Notes under the pieces: model-generated
Database searches by the model: none
The model's input: only the letters and a program-made list of their open reading frames with translations
Told to the model about the DNA's origin: nothing
Position numbers and translations under genes: made by a program
DNA from: a virus
Lineage: Duplodnaviria > Caudoviricetes
IMG/VR virus record: IMGVR_UViG_3300032069_000864
Coordinates: 1-51,778 of that record
Length of the DNA stretch: 51,778 nucleotides
Reading direction: 5' to 3' (one strand)
In this document: positions 28,861-37,329 of the stretch, piece after piece
How the letters are laid out: each line of letters begins with the position of its first letter
How positions within the stretch are numbered: the first letter of the stretch is position 1

Positions 28861-30458
28861 GTGTCCCTCCAGCACTCGAGCTGCACGGTATGCGTCCAGG
28901 AGACCGCCTCTTCGTCAAAGCTCACCGGGACCGCGATGATCAGGGCTTCGAGATCAGGACATCCGCCTGGCAGGTTCTCCAGCATGATGCGCTGGCCCTT
29001 CCGATAGGGAAATGGACGAGGCCAGAGGATGCTCACCGCATACAGCCGTTTCCCGCTCTCGGCCGCCAGGTCGTCCGCGATCTGCTGGCAGATATCGCTG
29101 CCGACCAGGTTGTCGTCGCGCTCGACGCGCGGCCTGGCGCCGCCCCCATCCGCCTGTCCATAGTAAGTGTCCCCTTCGTCCACCGGGAGCTGCCGGATTC
29201 CCGACTGCAACGTCCCCGGTCCCTGCGTGAACGTGGTGTTGTTCACGCTCTCGCCATCTTCGGACACGGTGATCGTGGTGACCACGGTGCGCAACTCGGT
29301 GGGGGTCACCTGCTCGTACCGCGTGATCGTTCGTTGCTTCTGTGTCCAGGAGCCGCCCTCATATTCCGATCGGCGCTCCTCCTGCAGCACGAGACGGTAT
29401 TGCAGGTCGTAGCCGAACTCCGTGACCCGCCGCACGTGTTTCGGCTCCTCCGTGTGCAGATCTCGATCCTCATGGATCATGCTGGCAATCTGCACTTCGC
29501 CCAGCACCCGCTCATCGCCCTGACCGCCGGACCCACCTCCAGAGGTCTCCGCATCCCGCATCCCGCCCGCGCCGCTGTTCGCGGAGCACGAGTAATAGAC
29601 GGTGCGATACGTGATGTCCTCGGTCTCCCGACTCACGACCACCCGGTGGCCCGAGTTGTCTACGATCCCCGTCTCAGTCACTCGGTGGTTCGGGCTGTCT
29701 TGGGTGACCGCGACCGTGGTGCCGCTCGGCACCTGCCGCGAATAGTTGGCATACTGGAACTGGCCTGCGGTCCGATAGGTCGCGCCGTAGACCCGGATGT
29801 CGCCGACCAGTGGCTGCCGGGTGCGGCGAATGCTCCGTACGACGCCCTTGGAGCAGTCCAGCGTCCCCGCCACTGGCCCGTTTCCACGCCGCCGCACGAT
29901 CAACGTCATGCCCTGGACCCACGCATCCACTCGGTAGCGCTGGCTGATGCGCAGCGGCCCCAGGATCCGCTCGATGGCCGAGGCTGGGGATTCCTCCGGC
30001 GATAGGGAGAAGTGCCGCAACCCATAGTTGGGAGCATCCCATTCCACCGCCAGGCCCACCAGCCCGGCGATCTGCTCCACTAGGCTCCGCGCACTCGGGT
30101 AGGTATACTCGGACGGGTCGTCCTTCGGCCACGTGCCGAAGCCATAGTCCTGCTCGGTCCGCTCGTCTATCAGAAGGGCCGCCTGGTCCCGGGCCTCGAC
30201 CACGCTCCCCCATCCGGTGGGAGTCGGCTCGAGCGCCATATCATCTACCCGGAAGGTGCCATAGTCACTGAACCCGAGATCCCGCAACCCGAACTGCACC
30301 TGGAAGGTGTCGCCTTCCGTCAGTTCACGCCACGCCGTTGCGACAGGCTGTAGACGTGTGGTGGTCTCGGTCTCCCGGAGGTGCAGCGTCGCCGCATCGG
30401 CCAGCGATGCCAGCCGACTGTCAATGCTCGCTGCGACGATTCTGCGCTCGAGACTCAC
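28857..30458 (-). CDS. Baseplate hub/Tal-like tail protein
   Basis: GTFRVDD, VEARDQAALLID and IAGLVGL hub-like motifs; position in the tail cluster. Confidence 0.65.
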   Translation of the reverse strand: MSLERRIVAASIDSRLASLADAATLHLRETETTTRLQPVATAWRELTEGDTFQVQFGLRDLGFSDYGTFRVDDMALEPTPTGWGSVVEARDQAALLIDERTEQDYGFGTWPKDDPSEYTYPSARSLVEQIAGLVGLAVEWDAPNYGLRHFSLSPEESPASAIERILGPLRISQRYRVDAWVQGMTLIVRRRGNGPVAGTLDCSKGVVRSIRRTRQPLVGDIRVYGATYRTAGQFQYANYSRQVPSGTTVAVTQDSPNHRVTETGIVDNSGHRVVVSRETEDITYRTVYYSCSANSGAGGMRDAETSGGGSGGQGDERVLGEVQIASMIHEDRDLHTEEPKHVRRVTEFGYDLQYRLVLQEERRSEYEGGSWTQKQRTITRYEQVTPTELRTVVTTITVSEDGESVNNTTFTQGPGTLQSGIRQLPVDEGDTYYGQADGGGARPRVERDDNLVGSDICQQIADDLAAESGKRLYAVSILWPRPFPYRKGQRIMLENLPGGCPDLEALIIAVPVSFDEEAVSWTHTVQLECWRDT

Positions 30459-30462
30459 TCGC

Positions 30463-30705
30463 TCAGCTCCAGATGACCTGTGCCTGCGGCGCCAGGAGTT
30501 GCTCCTCGGCCGCCGCGCGCAATTCCTGATTCAGGACCCGCGCCTGCAACCCGACCGGACTCGCCAGGAGAGGCACGACCACTACTTGCAGTCCGATCGC
30601 ATCCGAAAGGCTCAGGTCTACAACCTCGGCCTGCAGGCCAAGGCGGTCCGTGAGCAAAGCTGTCACGGAAACCTGCAGGCCGAGTTGATCTATCAACATG
30701 GACAT
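30463..30705 (-). CDS. Small repetitive tail protein
   Basis: Four D.LGLQ-like repeats. Confidence 0.6.
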   Translation of the reverse strand: MSMLIDQLGLQVSVTALLTDRLGLQAEVVDLSLSDAIGLQVVVVPLLASPVGLQARVLNQELRAAAEEQLLAPQAQVIWS

Positions 30706-31419
30706 CTACGTCTCCTCGAACTGCACATAGGCCAGCCGGTCATTGCCCACTTCGCTCGTGTCGGCCAGCACGTTGTAGCGCATCCAACAAGCGGCGTACG
30801 CGCCTACAGCCAGCTCCCCGATCGTGACGTTCGCCGTCCCCCAGGTCCCCGCGGAGCCCGACGTATTCAGAGTCGGCGGCTCAACGCCCAGGGATGCATC
30901 TGGGGTCGTGTCGGAAAGGGTGGTGGCCGTGTTGTTGGCGATGGTGCCTGCCAACTTGTACGTGGACCCGCCTACCGCGGTGCGATAGATCTTGCGTTGG
31001 GTCGTCCCGGCCGGACCGGTTGGGATCCCCGTCAGATCAACCTGCTGATTCCCACCCGTCGTGGTGATCGTGGCACTCACCGTCCCTGCCACCGTCTCAC
31101 CGTTCGCCGTCACGAAGGTGACCTTGTAGTGGTAGTCTCCGACCTCGAGGCCGAAGCCCGAGACCGCCGCGCCGCTCGGGGCGCCGGGATCTGCCAGCGG
31201 CGCGTCCGCCGCGATCTGCAGCATGTCTATCCCGTCATTGCCCGCGCTCGCGACCCGCCGGCAGCGGCAACCGCTCAGGCTCTCGGCCGCGGTGCTCATG
31301 TTCTTCCACCAGATCCGGCGCGCGGTAGTCGCGGCCCCGTCCTGCACCGTCCCCTCGTCGTAGAGCGAGGCCGCCGGGGTGGCGCCGTCGCTCTCATACT
31401 TCGTGACTTGCTTTGCCAT
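30706..31419 (-). CDS. Tail protein with fibronectin-III-like domain
   Basis: ATG 31419; YHYKVTFVTANGET...RKIYRT...IANNTATT.SDT. Confidence 0.75.
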   Translation of the reverse strand: MAKQVTKYESDGATPAASLYDEGTVQDGAATTARRIWWKNMSTAAESLSGCRCRRVASAGNDGIDMLQIAADAPLADPGAPSGAAVSGFGLEVGDYHYKVTFVTANGETVAGTVSATITTTGGNQQVDLTGIPTGPAGTTQRKIYRTAVGGSTYKLAGTIANNTATTLSDTTPDASLGVEPPTLNTSGSAGTWGTANVTIGELAVGAYAACWMRYNVLADTSEVGNDRLAYVQFEET

Positions 31420-31816
31420 GATCCACCTCGTCATAGGCCGCCAGGAAGGCCCGCGCCAGACTCTCCACCGCCTCTTCCTTCGCGTCATCCATGGTGCGCA
31501 CCGCGAGTTGCCGTGGCTGGTCCGCCAGCAACTCCAGAACGTGCTCGGTCACCGCCTGAAATCGCTTCATCGCGATGTGCACAACTTCATGGCAGGCCAC
31601 GTGCCGTGGGTCCATGATATGGGAGCAGTTGATCGCGATGGTCACTATTCGTTGCGCGATGATCGTCTTAGCCCAGGCGTCGTCCGGAAGGGTGTCATCG
31701 GCCACCACCACGATCTCCCAGCCCGGGTCGAGCAGAATGCGGTTGCCCCACCGCTCTACCCAGTCCCGGAACTCCGGCGCCACCCCCATCTCTGCGGCCC
31801 ACACCACTTTGATCAC
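31394..31816 (-). CDS. Small zincin-like metallopeptidase (HExxH)
   Basis: VACHEVVH plus downstream EEAVESLA. Confidence 0.6.
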   Translation of the reverse strand: MIKVVWAAEMGVAPEFRDWVERWGNRILLDPGWEIVVVADDTLPDDAWAKTIIAQRIVTIAINCSHIMDPRHVACHEVVHIAMKRFQAVTEHVLELLADQPRQLAVRTMDDAKEEAVESLARAFLAAYDEVDHGKASHEV

Positions 31817-31827
31817 GCTCGCTCTCC

Positions 31828-32199
31828 CTACAACGCCTGCAGCACGGCGAAAACCATCTCGACTTCGTATGCGTCCTGCCCCCGGATCGGAGTCTCTTTC
31901 ATCTCCCGGAAAAACACCAGATAGGAGGCCTCGAGGTCCGTCCATTTGAGCGGCGTGGCCACCAGCTCATACTTCTCCCGCAACGCGCTCAAGGTCGAGG
32001 AACTCACCCATTCCGTTCGGCACGTGATATCCTGGTCCGCAGTGGCCACCCCGAAATCCTGGATCACCCGCCCTCCATCGAGGGTCTGGACGGAACTCGA
32101 GCGCCGCGCCGGCAATCCTTTTCGATATTCGCTCGGGTCCACGTCCAGGTAGACCGGATCGCTATCGTCCGCCAAATCCAGGCAATACTCACTTGGCAT
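31828..32199 (-). CDS. Distal tail (Dit)-like protein
   Basis: 123 aa; SVQTLDGGRVIQDFG pattern; position after the chaperones. Confidence 0.6.
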   Translation of the reverse strand: MPSEYCLDLADDSDPVYLDVDPSEYRKGLPARRSSSVQTLDGGRVIQDFGVATADQDITCRTEWVSSSTLSALREKYELVATPLKWTDLEASYLVFFREMKETPIRGQDAYEVEMVFAVLQAL

Positions 32200-32353
32200 C
32201 GGATTCCCGCTTCCGTTCCCGCCGCGCGTGCTGGGCCTGCTTGAGCCGCCGCACTTCCTCCAGCACCGCCTCCGCCACTTCCATCGGCTCGATCTGGATC
32301 AGTCGGTAAATCTCCGCTGCCACCCGCCTGTAATGGTCGTTCAGTTCGCTCAC
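32189..32353 (-). CDS. Small hypothetical protein (54 aa)
   Basis: Manual translation VSELNDHYRRVAAEIYRLIQ...ESDAK; overlaps both neighbours. Confidence 0.55.
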   Translation of the reverse strand: MSELNDHYRRVAAEIYRLIQIEPMEVAEAVLEEVRRLKQAQHARRERKRESDAK

Positions 32354-32727
32354 CGCCTCAGCCCCAGGCTCCGGGCCAGTTCCCGCGCGGTCCGGTTCGG
32401 AACCTCGAACCCCGCCTCTTCCCTCAGGCTGTCCACCGCCTTCCGGAAGCCCCGGAATCCTTCCCGGCCTCCCTGGGCCGCGGCGCAGGCGATGAACATG
32501 TGCTCCATCCGCTCCGCCGCCTCGAGCGCCCTCTGCCGCTGGATCGCCCGGGCCATGACCGCCACCTGTGCCGGGGTCCAGGTCTCCTCGAGTTGTTCTA
32601 CCGACTCGACCCCACAGGCCGTCATCAACAGCGCGTAGACGTCGGCCCGGCCGACTTTCCGACTCAGGCCAGAGCCGTCGTCTTCACCAGCTTGCCGATC
32701 TCCGCGATCTGTTGCCGCAAAAAAGGG
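32350..32727 (-). CDS. Tail assembly chaperone frameshift extension (gpT-like)
   Basis: The -1 frame is open from slippery CCCTTTTTT (32727-32719) through FFAATDRG...DVYALLMTACG...WTPAQV to the stop at 32350. Confidence 0.75.
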   Translation of the reverse strand, partial: PFFAATDRGDRQAGEDDGSGLSRKVGRADVYALLMTACGVESVEQLEETWTPAQVAVMARAIQRQRALEAAERMEHMFIACAAAQGGREGFRGFRKAVDSLREEAGFEVPNRTARELARSLGLRR

Positions 32728-33095
32728 ACCTGGTTCACCTCGAGCATCGCCCGCACGATCTGCACGGCCAGCGGGAGAGTCAGATGCTCCATCAGGTAAT
32801 CTGGCTCGACATCGAAGAGCTTGCCCAGAAACTGCTCGAGCATGCCGGCGAGCGTCGGCAGAAGCGTCGGCAGGTTCTCCTCGAAGTGCGCCAGATCGAG
32901 CGTTGGGTGTTCCTTCACGATCTGCTCGAGGATGATCCCGAGGTCGGCCCCGAGCCGCTTGATCTGGGCGAAGGTGAGCGCGCGGACCACGATGCTCCGA
33001 TCGCCGATCGTGAAGTTCCGTTCGGTCGGGAACTCATAGGTCTCGATCTTGCACGTTGCCGTTGCCTTCCCGAGTCTGCGCCTGAGCCACTCCAT
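32664..33095 (-). CDS. Tail assembly chaperone (gpG-like)
   Basis: Follows the major tail gene; slippery site near the 3' end (NQVPFL). Confidence 0.8.
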   Translation of the reverse strand: MEWLRRRLGKATATCKIETYEFPTERNFTIGDRSIVVRALTFAQIKRLGADLGIILEQIVKEHPTLDLAHFEENLPTLLPTLAGMLEQFLGKLFDVEPDYLMEHLTLPLAVQIVRAMLEVNQVPFLRQQIAEIGKLVKTTALA

Positions 33096-33112
33096 GCCGC
33101 CTCTCCCGTTCT

Positions 33113-33146
33113 AAGATGGGGCGGGCCCCGTCGCCCGCCCCATCTT
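33113..33146 (-). terminator. 14-bp perfect hairpin after the major tail gene
   Basis: AAGATGGGGCGGGC / GCCCGCCCCATCTT; weak U-tract. Confidence 0.55.
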
Positions 33147-33192
33147 CCCGCGACCCTGTCAAGGGTGGGCCGATGGCCCTCGTTCTGCCCCG

Positions 33193-34011
33193 CTATACGA
33201 CGTCGTACTCCTCGATGCAGCCGAACCGATCGCCCAGCGCGCGGCTGGTGTCCTCCAGCACGGTGATCTTCATCGGGATCGCCCGCGCCGCATCCTTGCT
33301 GATCTTGATGGCGCCGCCGAACCCGACGTTGCAGCGGTAGAACGCCACTGCCTGCTTCTTGCCCGTTGGCCCTGGCATCACGATCATCACCGACTTCTCC
33401 AGGATGCTGGATCGCCCGCCGAAGGTCATGCGTCGGCGACCGACCCCGGCCTCGACGATCTGGCCCGCTCCCAACACGACCTGCATGTTCTCCATGCTCG
33501 ACTCGAGCAGCGGGATGGTCAACTCGCAGGTCGTCTCGCCCGGGTAGGTCTTCACCGGCGCCGTGCCGTGCTGGCCGAAGATCTTCTTGATCTCCTCCTG
33601 GAAGTTCCAGTCCAGGGTATCCGCGAAGTCGCCCAGGTACTGGCCATCCACGTACACCGCATCGGCCACCCCGACCATCACGGCATCCGGGTCGTCCACG
33701 CCCGCGGCGTAGTAGACGAAGGCCTGCGCCACCGTTCCGGTCGGCTCGGTGTCGTCGTTCTCGCCCACGCCGATATCCTGGAAGCCGCCCTCCCAGTCAT
33801 CGTCCGCGATGTCCAGCGCCACCGTGAGTTCCGTGGCGCTCACGTAGGCCACGTTCGCCGCGTCCACGGCCACAAAGATCTCGTCTCCGTGCTTCCGGAA
33901 GAAGACCTTCGACTTACTGGGGGCGTCCGCGAAGTTCGTCCCGGTCAGCGTCAGCGTGTCACCGGTCTTCCCGATGTAAGGCTTGACTTGCGTCAGTGTC
34001 GGTGCCGCCAT
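33193..34011 (-). CDS. Major tail tube protein with N-terminal IPT/TIG domain
   Basis: PTLTQVKP..G..GDTLTLTGTNF (IPT). The C-terminal half is tail-tube-like (LTIPLLESSMENMQVVLG...IPMKITVLED). Confidence 0.8.
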   Translation of the reverse strand: MAAPTLTQVKPYIGKTGDTLTLTGTNFADAPSKSKVFFRKHGDEIFVAVDAANVAYVSATELTVALDIADDDWEGGFQDIGVGENDDTEPTGTVAQAFVYYAAGVDDPDAVMVGVADAVYVDGQYLGDFADTLDWNFQEEIKKIFGQHGTAPVKTYPGETTCELTIPLLESSMENMQVVLGAGQIVEAGVGRRRMTFGGRSSILEKSVMIVMPGPTGKKQAVAFYRCNVGFGGAIKISKDAARAIPMKITVLEDTSRALGDRFGCIEEYDVV

Positions 34012-34024
34012 GTCCGTTCCTCTC

Positions 34025-34423
34025 CTAGTTGCTCAGCTCTTTCAGGTCAAAGACTAGGTTAAGAGAGGCCAGATGTGCCCCTGGCGCCTCCTCCCCGATA
34101 TACGCCGGCGAACTCATCGCCTGAATTGAGTTCGCCCACATCCCAGCTCCCAGATCCGTCTCTGGGGCGTTGTGCGTCAGCTTCATCACCGCGTAGGCCT
34201 TGGCCAGCGCTCCGTTCGGGGTCGCCGCCCGGGCCACGACCTGCAGGGTCGGATGCTCCCGCCTCCCATATCGCTCGGGCCGGTAGCCGCCCGTCGCGTG
34301 AATGCTCAGGCAGATCACCGGGGTGCTCGGCCGCTGGAGCTTGAAGATCGTCTGGCCTACAGTCCCCTGGCCCCGGCTCTGTAGCCATATCGCGAACTGA
34401 TCCACCAATACTGGCATCATCAT
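34025..34423 (-). CDS. Tail terminator-like protein
   Basis: IHATGGY.P.....PTLQVVAR...I.AMSSP.YIG pattern; position in the cluster. Confidence 0.75.
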   Translation of the reverse strand: MMMPVLVDQFAIWLQSRGQGTVGQTIFKLQRPSTPVICLSIHATGGYRPERYGRREHPTLQVVARAATPNGALAKAYAVMKLTHNAPETDLGAGMWANSIQAMSSPAYIGEEAPGAHLASLNLVFDLKELSN

Positions 34424-35001
34424 AGGGCCCGCGCGACCGCGCCTTGCAGGTTGGTCAGGATCTTGCCGGACATCTGCTTCACCGGCTTCTCCAGATACTT
34501 CGCCTCGCCACCCTTGGGATGATGAAAGTCGAGCCGCTCGTGCTGTTCCAGCGCATATGGCTGGTTGAAGCCGACCAGCGCCTCGACCTGGTTGCCCAGC
34601 GCTTCGACCGTTGGGCTAGGCGCGGCCACTTGGTGGATCACCTGGATGCCCTTCTCCGCGGCCTTCGGCAACCCGGCATTGCCGATCGTCTTGCCGGTGC
34701 CCACGTTGACGGCCTGGGTATGTTGGCCGCTCACCCGCTTCCCGTTCACATAGACCTGCGCATAGCCCGACGCCCGGAGCGTCCCTTCGTCCAGCGGCGC
34801 CAGTTGCATCGCCTCGCCGAGCACCGCCTCCGCGGCCAGCGTCATCTCCTCTTTCACGGCCTCCTGGACCCGGGCAAATACCGGGCCTCGCGAATCAAGC
34901 GCGGAGAGTACCTGGGAGAACCCCGTGAAGGTGACACCGAGCGTGCCCGATGCTCGCCCGCGGCCGCCGGAGAATCCGATCGAGGAGACATCAGCAGGCA
35001 T
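34420..35001 (-). CDS. HK97 gp10-like neck protein
   Basis: APLDEGTLRASG, VGFNQPYALEQHE, HHPKGGEAKYLEKP. Confidence 0.85.
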   Translation of the reverse strand: MPADVSSIGFSGGRGRASGTLGVTFTGFSQVLSALDSRGPVFARVQEAVKEEMTLAAEAVLGEAMQLAPLDEGTLRASGYAQVYVNGKRVSGQHTQAVNVGTGKTIGNAGLPKAAEKGIQVIHQVAAPSPTVEALGNQVEALVGFNQPYALEQHERLDFHHPKGGEAKYLEKPVKQMSGKILTNLQGAVARAL

Positions 35002-35011
35002 CGGCTTTGCT

Positions 35012-35245
35012 CTATCCCTTGGGAGGTGGAATCAGGGCTGGTGCCGCGAGGTCGTGCTGCGTCTGTAGTAGCCGCAACTGCGCGATCACGGCCCCGACGA
35101 CACCGGACCAGAGCAGGTCCCAGTTGATCGGCTGGTGCGACTGGGCCTGCCCCAGGGCATAGATGGCGAAGGCCACCAGCACCGGCACCAGCCAGACCAG
35201 ATGCGTGGTGAGCCACCGTTTCCAGTAGGCCGCTGTGTACTCCAT
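35012..35245 (-). CDS. Two-TM holin-like protein
   Basis: 77 aa with two hydrophobic helices. Confidence 0.6.
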   Translation of the reverse strand: MEYTAAYWKRWLTTHLVWLVPVLVAFAIYALGQAQSHQPINWDLLWSGVVGAVIAQLRLLQTQHDLAAPALIPPPKG

Positions 35246-35246
35246 C

Positions 35247-35852
35247 TCAGAACTCCTTCTGGAATACCAGCATTGTCTTCGCCGGCCCCGTAGGTCCGCG
35301 CGCCGGCGCGAAGGTCAGGGAGAGTCCGCTGCCGGTCGCCTTGCGCCCAAGCAGCGCCAGCGCGTTGACCGACGCATACCAGCTCAACCCATAGTCCGTC
35401 CACGGGAGATAGACGACTCCGGCCTTCAGTGGCAAACCGTCTCGCATCACGTTCAGGGATAGCGCAGGTCGGTAGTACCTTTGCCGTTGCGGGGCCTGCC
35501 CCTGGCCATCAGTGGTCGTCTCTTCCCAGATCAGTACTTCCAACCGACTGGCATGCGCGAGGAACCGGCCCACATCGGCCGGTCGCGTGATGTTCAGGAG
35601 GTCCTGGATATCCGGCGGGTTGTCGGTCTCGTACATATGCAAGTTGACGATGAAGGAGGTGGCCCAGAACGAGCCCGCGTCCTTGTCGAAGGACGTCACC
35701 AGGACAGGGCCTCCACCCTCCAGGGTCACCTCCGCGCAGACCGGAGCAATCAGCAACGCCGAGAACATCACCAACAGGGCCGCCAGGAAGACGGCCTGCT
35801 TTGCCCAGAGGCGGTTGCCCCAACGACTTCGTCCCATGCTTTCTCTCCTCAT
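35247..35852 (-). CDS. Exported hypothetical protein
   Basis: Basic N-terminus plus hydrophobic signal, amphipathic strands, C-terminal Phe. Confidence 0.65.
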   Translation of the reverse strand: MRRESMGRSRWGNRLWAKQAVFLAALLVMFSALLIAPVCAEVTLEGGGPVLVTSFDKDAGSFWATSFIVNLHMYETDNPPDIQDLLNITRPADVGRFLAHASRLEVLIWEETTTDGQGQAPQRQRYYRPALSLNVMRDGLPLKAGVVYLPWTDYGLSWYASVNALALLGRKATGSGLSLTFAPARGPTGPAKTMLVFQKEF

Positions 35853-36154
35853 AGGTAGATTCGCTTCACCGATGCCTCGCCTCCCAGATCTCGGGAGGCC
35901 GATACCGTGATCGCTATCAGGTACGTCGTCCCGTCACATGAGAGTTGATCTCCGACCGCCATCTCCTGTGCCGGCGCCACCGTCACGGTGACTTCGGAGG
36001 TCACCTGCTCTCCTTGGAGATTTCGCACCAGCCGGCGCTTCTCGATCCAGCGGCCCGCCAGCTGCTCCGCCTCCCCGAATGTCGGTTGCCCGTATCCGTC
36101 CGTGCCCGTCCGCGGCTTGCGCCAAATGGTCTGGGCCAGATAATCCTCGATCAC
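35849..36154 (-). CDS. Head closure protein
   Basis: YL.QT......GTDGYGQPTF.......RLVRN.QGEQVTS pattern; GTG 36154. Confidence 0.8.
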   Translation of the reverse strand: MIEDYLAQTIWRKPRTGTDGYGQPTFGEAEQLAGRWIEKRRLVRNLQGEQVTSEVTVTVAPAQEMAVGDQLSCDGTTYLIAITVSASRDLGGEASVKRIYL

Positions 36155-36375
36155 ATCAGGTCCTCGGGCCGTATCCGCAACGGCTGCCAGCGGCCGCGAC
36201 CCGTGCGGAGCTGGAATAGCTCGAATCGGGTCACGACATAGGCCACCAGTCGGCACGCCTGGCCCCAGGAGCAGAGACGGATCCGGTGCAACAACCCAAG
36301 GGCCCGCACGAGCATGTGCAGCAGTCGCCGCCTGCGCACGCGCACCTCGATCTGAATGGAGATCTCCGCGTTCAT
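36151..36375 (-). CDS. Small basic hypothetical protein
   Basis: ATGA/GTGA overlaps on both sides. Confidence 0.55.
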   Translation of the reverse strand: MNAEISIQIEVRVRRRRLLHMLVRALGLLHRIRLCSWGQACRLVAYVVTRFELFQLRTGRGRWQPLRIRPEDLM

Positions 36376-36923
36376 GTTCGGCTCCCTGGCGTGAGTTCGC
36401 CCTGGGGCCACGGCGAGGTGGCCAGCACCCCGCCGCGCAGGATGAATGGGGCTATCAGGCCTCGTGCCTCCGCGCTCACCACTGGCGAATTGCTCCGGGC
36501 CGTGCCATACGTCTCGCTCAGCCCGTCCACGGAATAGGCGATGACACCTGCGGCCTGCAGCGCCGATCGCCGCGAGGCCGTCGGCCCGTACGCCAGCAGG
36601 GCCAGTGCCTCTTCACACTGGGCCTGCTTGACCGGCTCCGGGACGATATAGGTCAGATTCGCATTCACGTCTCGGTATCGAGGAAAGCTCAAGGCCTGGG
36701 TATCCACCACGGGCGAGAGGGGGCCGCCGATCACATCGCGCTCGATCCGGATCCGACATGCCTCGATGTGTCGGCAGGCCGTGAGCAACGCCTTCTCCTT
36801 GTCCCCATCCTTGGCCGTCTCCCACGCTTCCGCGCGCAGTCGGCCCGCGAAATACTCGTTCGCCTCCGCCAGGGTGACGTAGGAGTTGCTGCTCTCTCCC
36901 GAGATCGTGGCGACGATGCTCAT
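36372..36923 (-). CDS. Head-tail adaptor (DnaT-like phage family)
   Basis: SNSYVTLAEANEYF..R...W, QALSFPR, VPEPVKQAQCE.AL. Confidence 0.85.
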   Translation of the reverse strand: MSIVATISGESSNSYVTLAEANEYFAGRLRAEAWETAKDGDKEKALLTACRHIEACRIRIERDVIGGPLSPVVDTQALSFPRYRDVNANLTYIVPEPVKQAQCEEALALLAYGPTASRRSALQAAGVIAYSVDGLSETYGTARSNSPVVSAEARGLIAPFILRGGVLATSPWPQGELTPGSRT

Positions 36924-36926
36924 GCC

Positions 36927-37259
36927 CTACGACTCGACTTCCTCGACCTTGTCGCCGTGATAGAAGAGTAGATGGATGGCATGCTGGGCCGAGAAGCCGC
37001 GCGGCTCCGCCTCCACCGTGATCGTGATGGCCCCGTACCGCTGGCGAATCGTCTCCCCATTGCGGCTCCGGAGATAGAACTGCTCTCCGACCTGCACCAG
37101 TCGTTCCAGCGCTTCGGTGCGTGCCGGCTCCGGCAGCGCCATCCGTTCGGCCAGACTCATCCCGGTCTTCGGAATTGCCGGTTCGGCGGACTGCTCTACC
37201 CGATCAGCCGCCGCATCCGGAGTCGCCGTCTTCGTCTGTCTCTTCGGCTGCATCCGCAT
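36927..37259 (-). CDS. Hypothetical protein
   Basis: AGGAG RBS; 110 aa. Confidence 0.65.
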   Translation of the reverse strand: MRMQPKRQTKTATPDAAADRVEQSAEPAIPKTGMSLAERMALPEPARTEALERLVQVGEQFYLRSRNGETIRQRYGAITITVEAEPRGFSAQHAIHLLFYHGDKVEEVES

Positions 37260-37329
37260 CTCTCGCTCCTAAGAGGTCCAGGGGCCGGATTGCCCGGCCC
37301 CCGCCGTTCTCACTGTCCTGTGCCGATCC

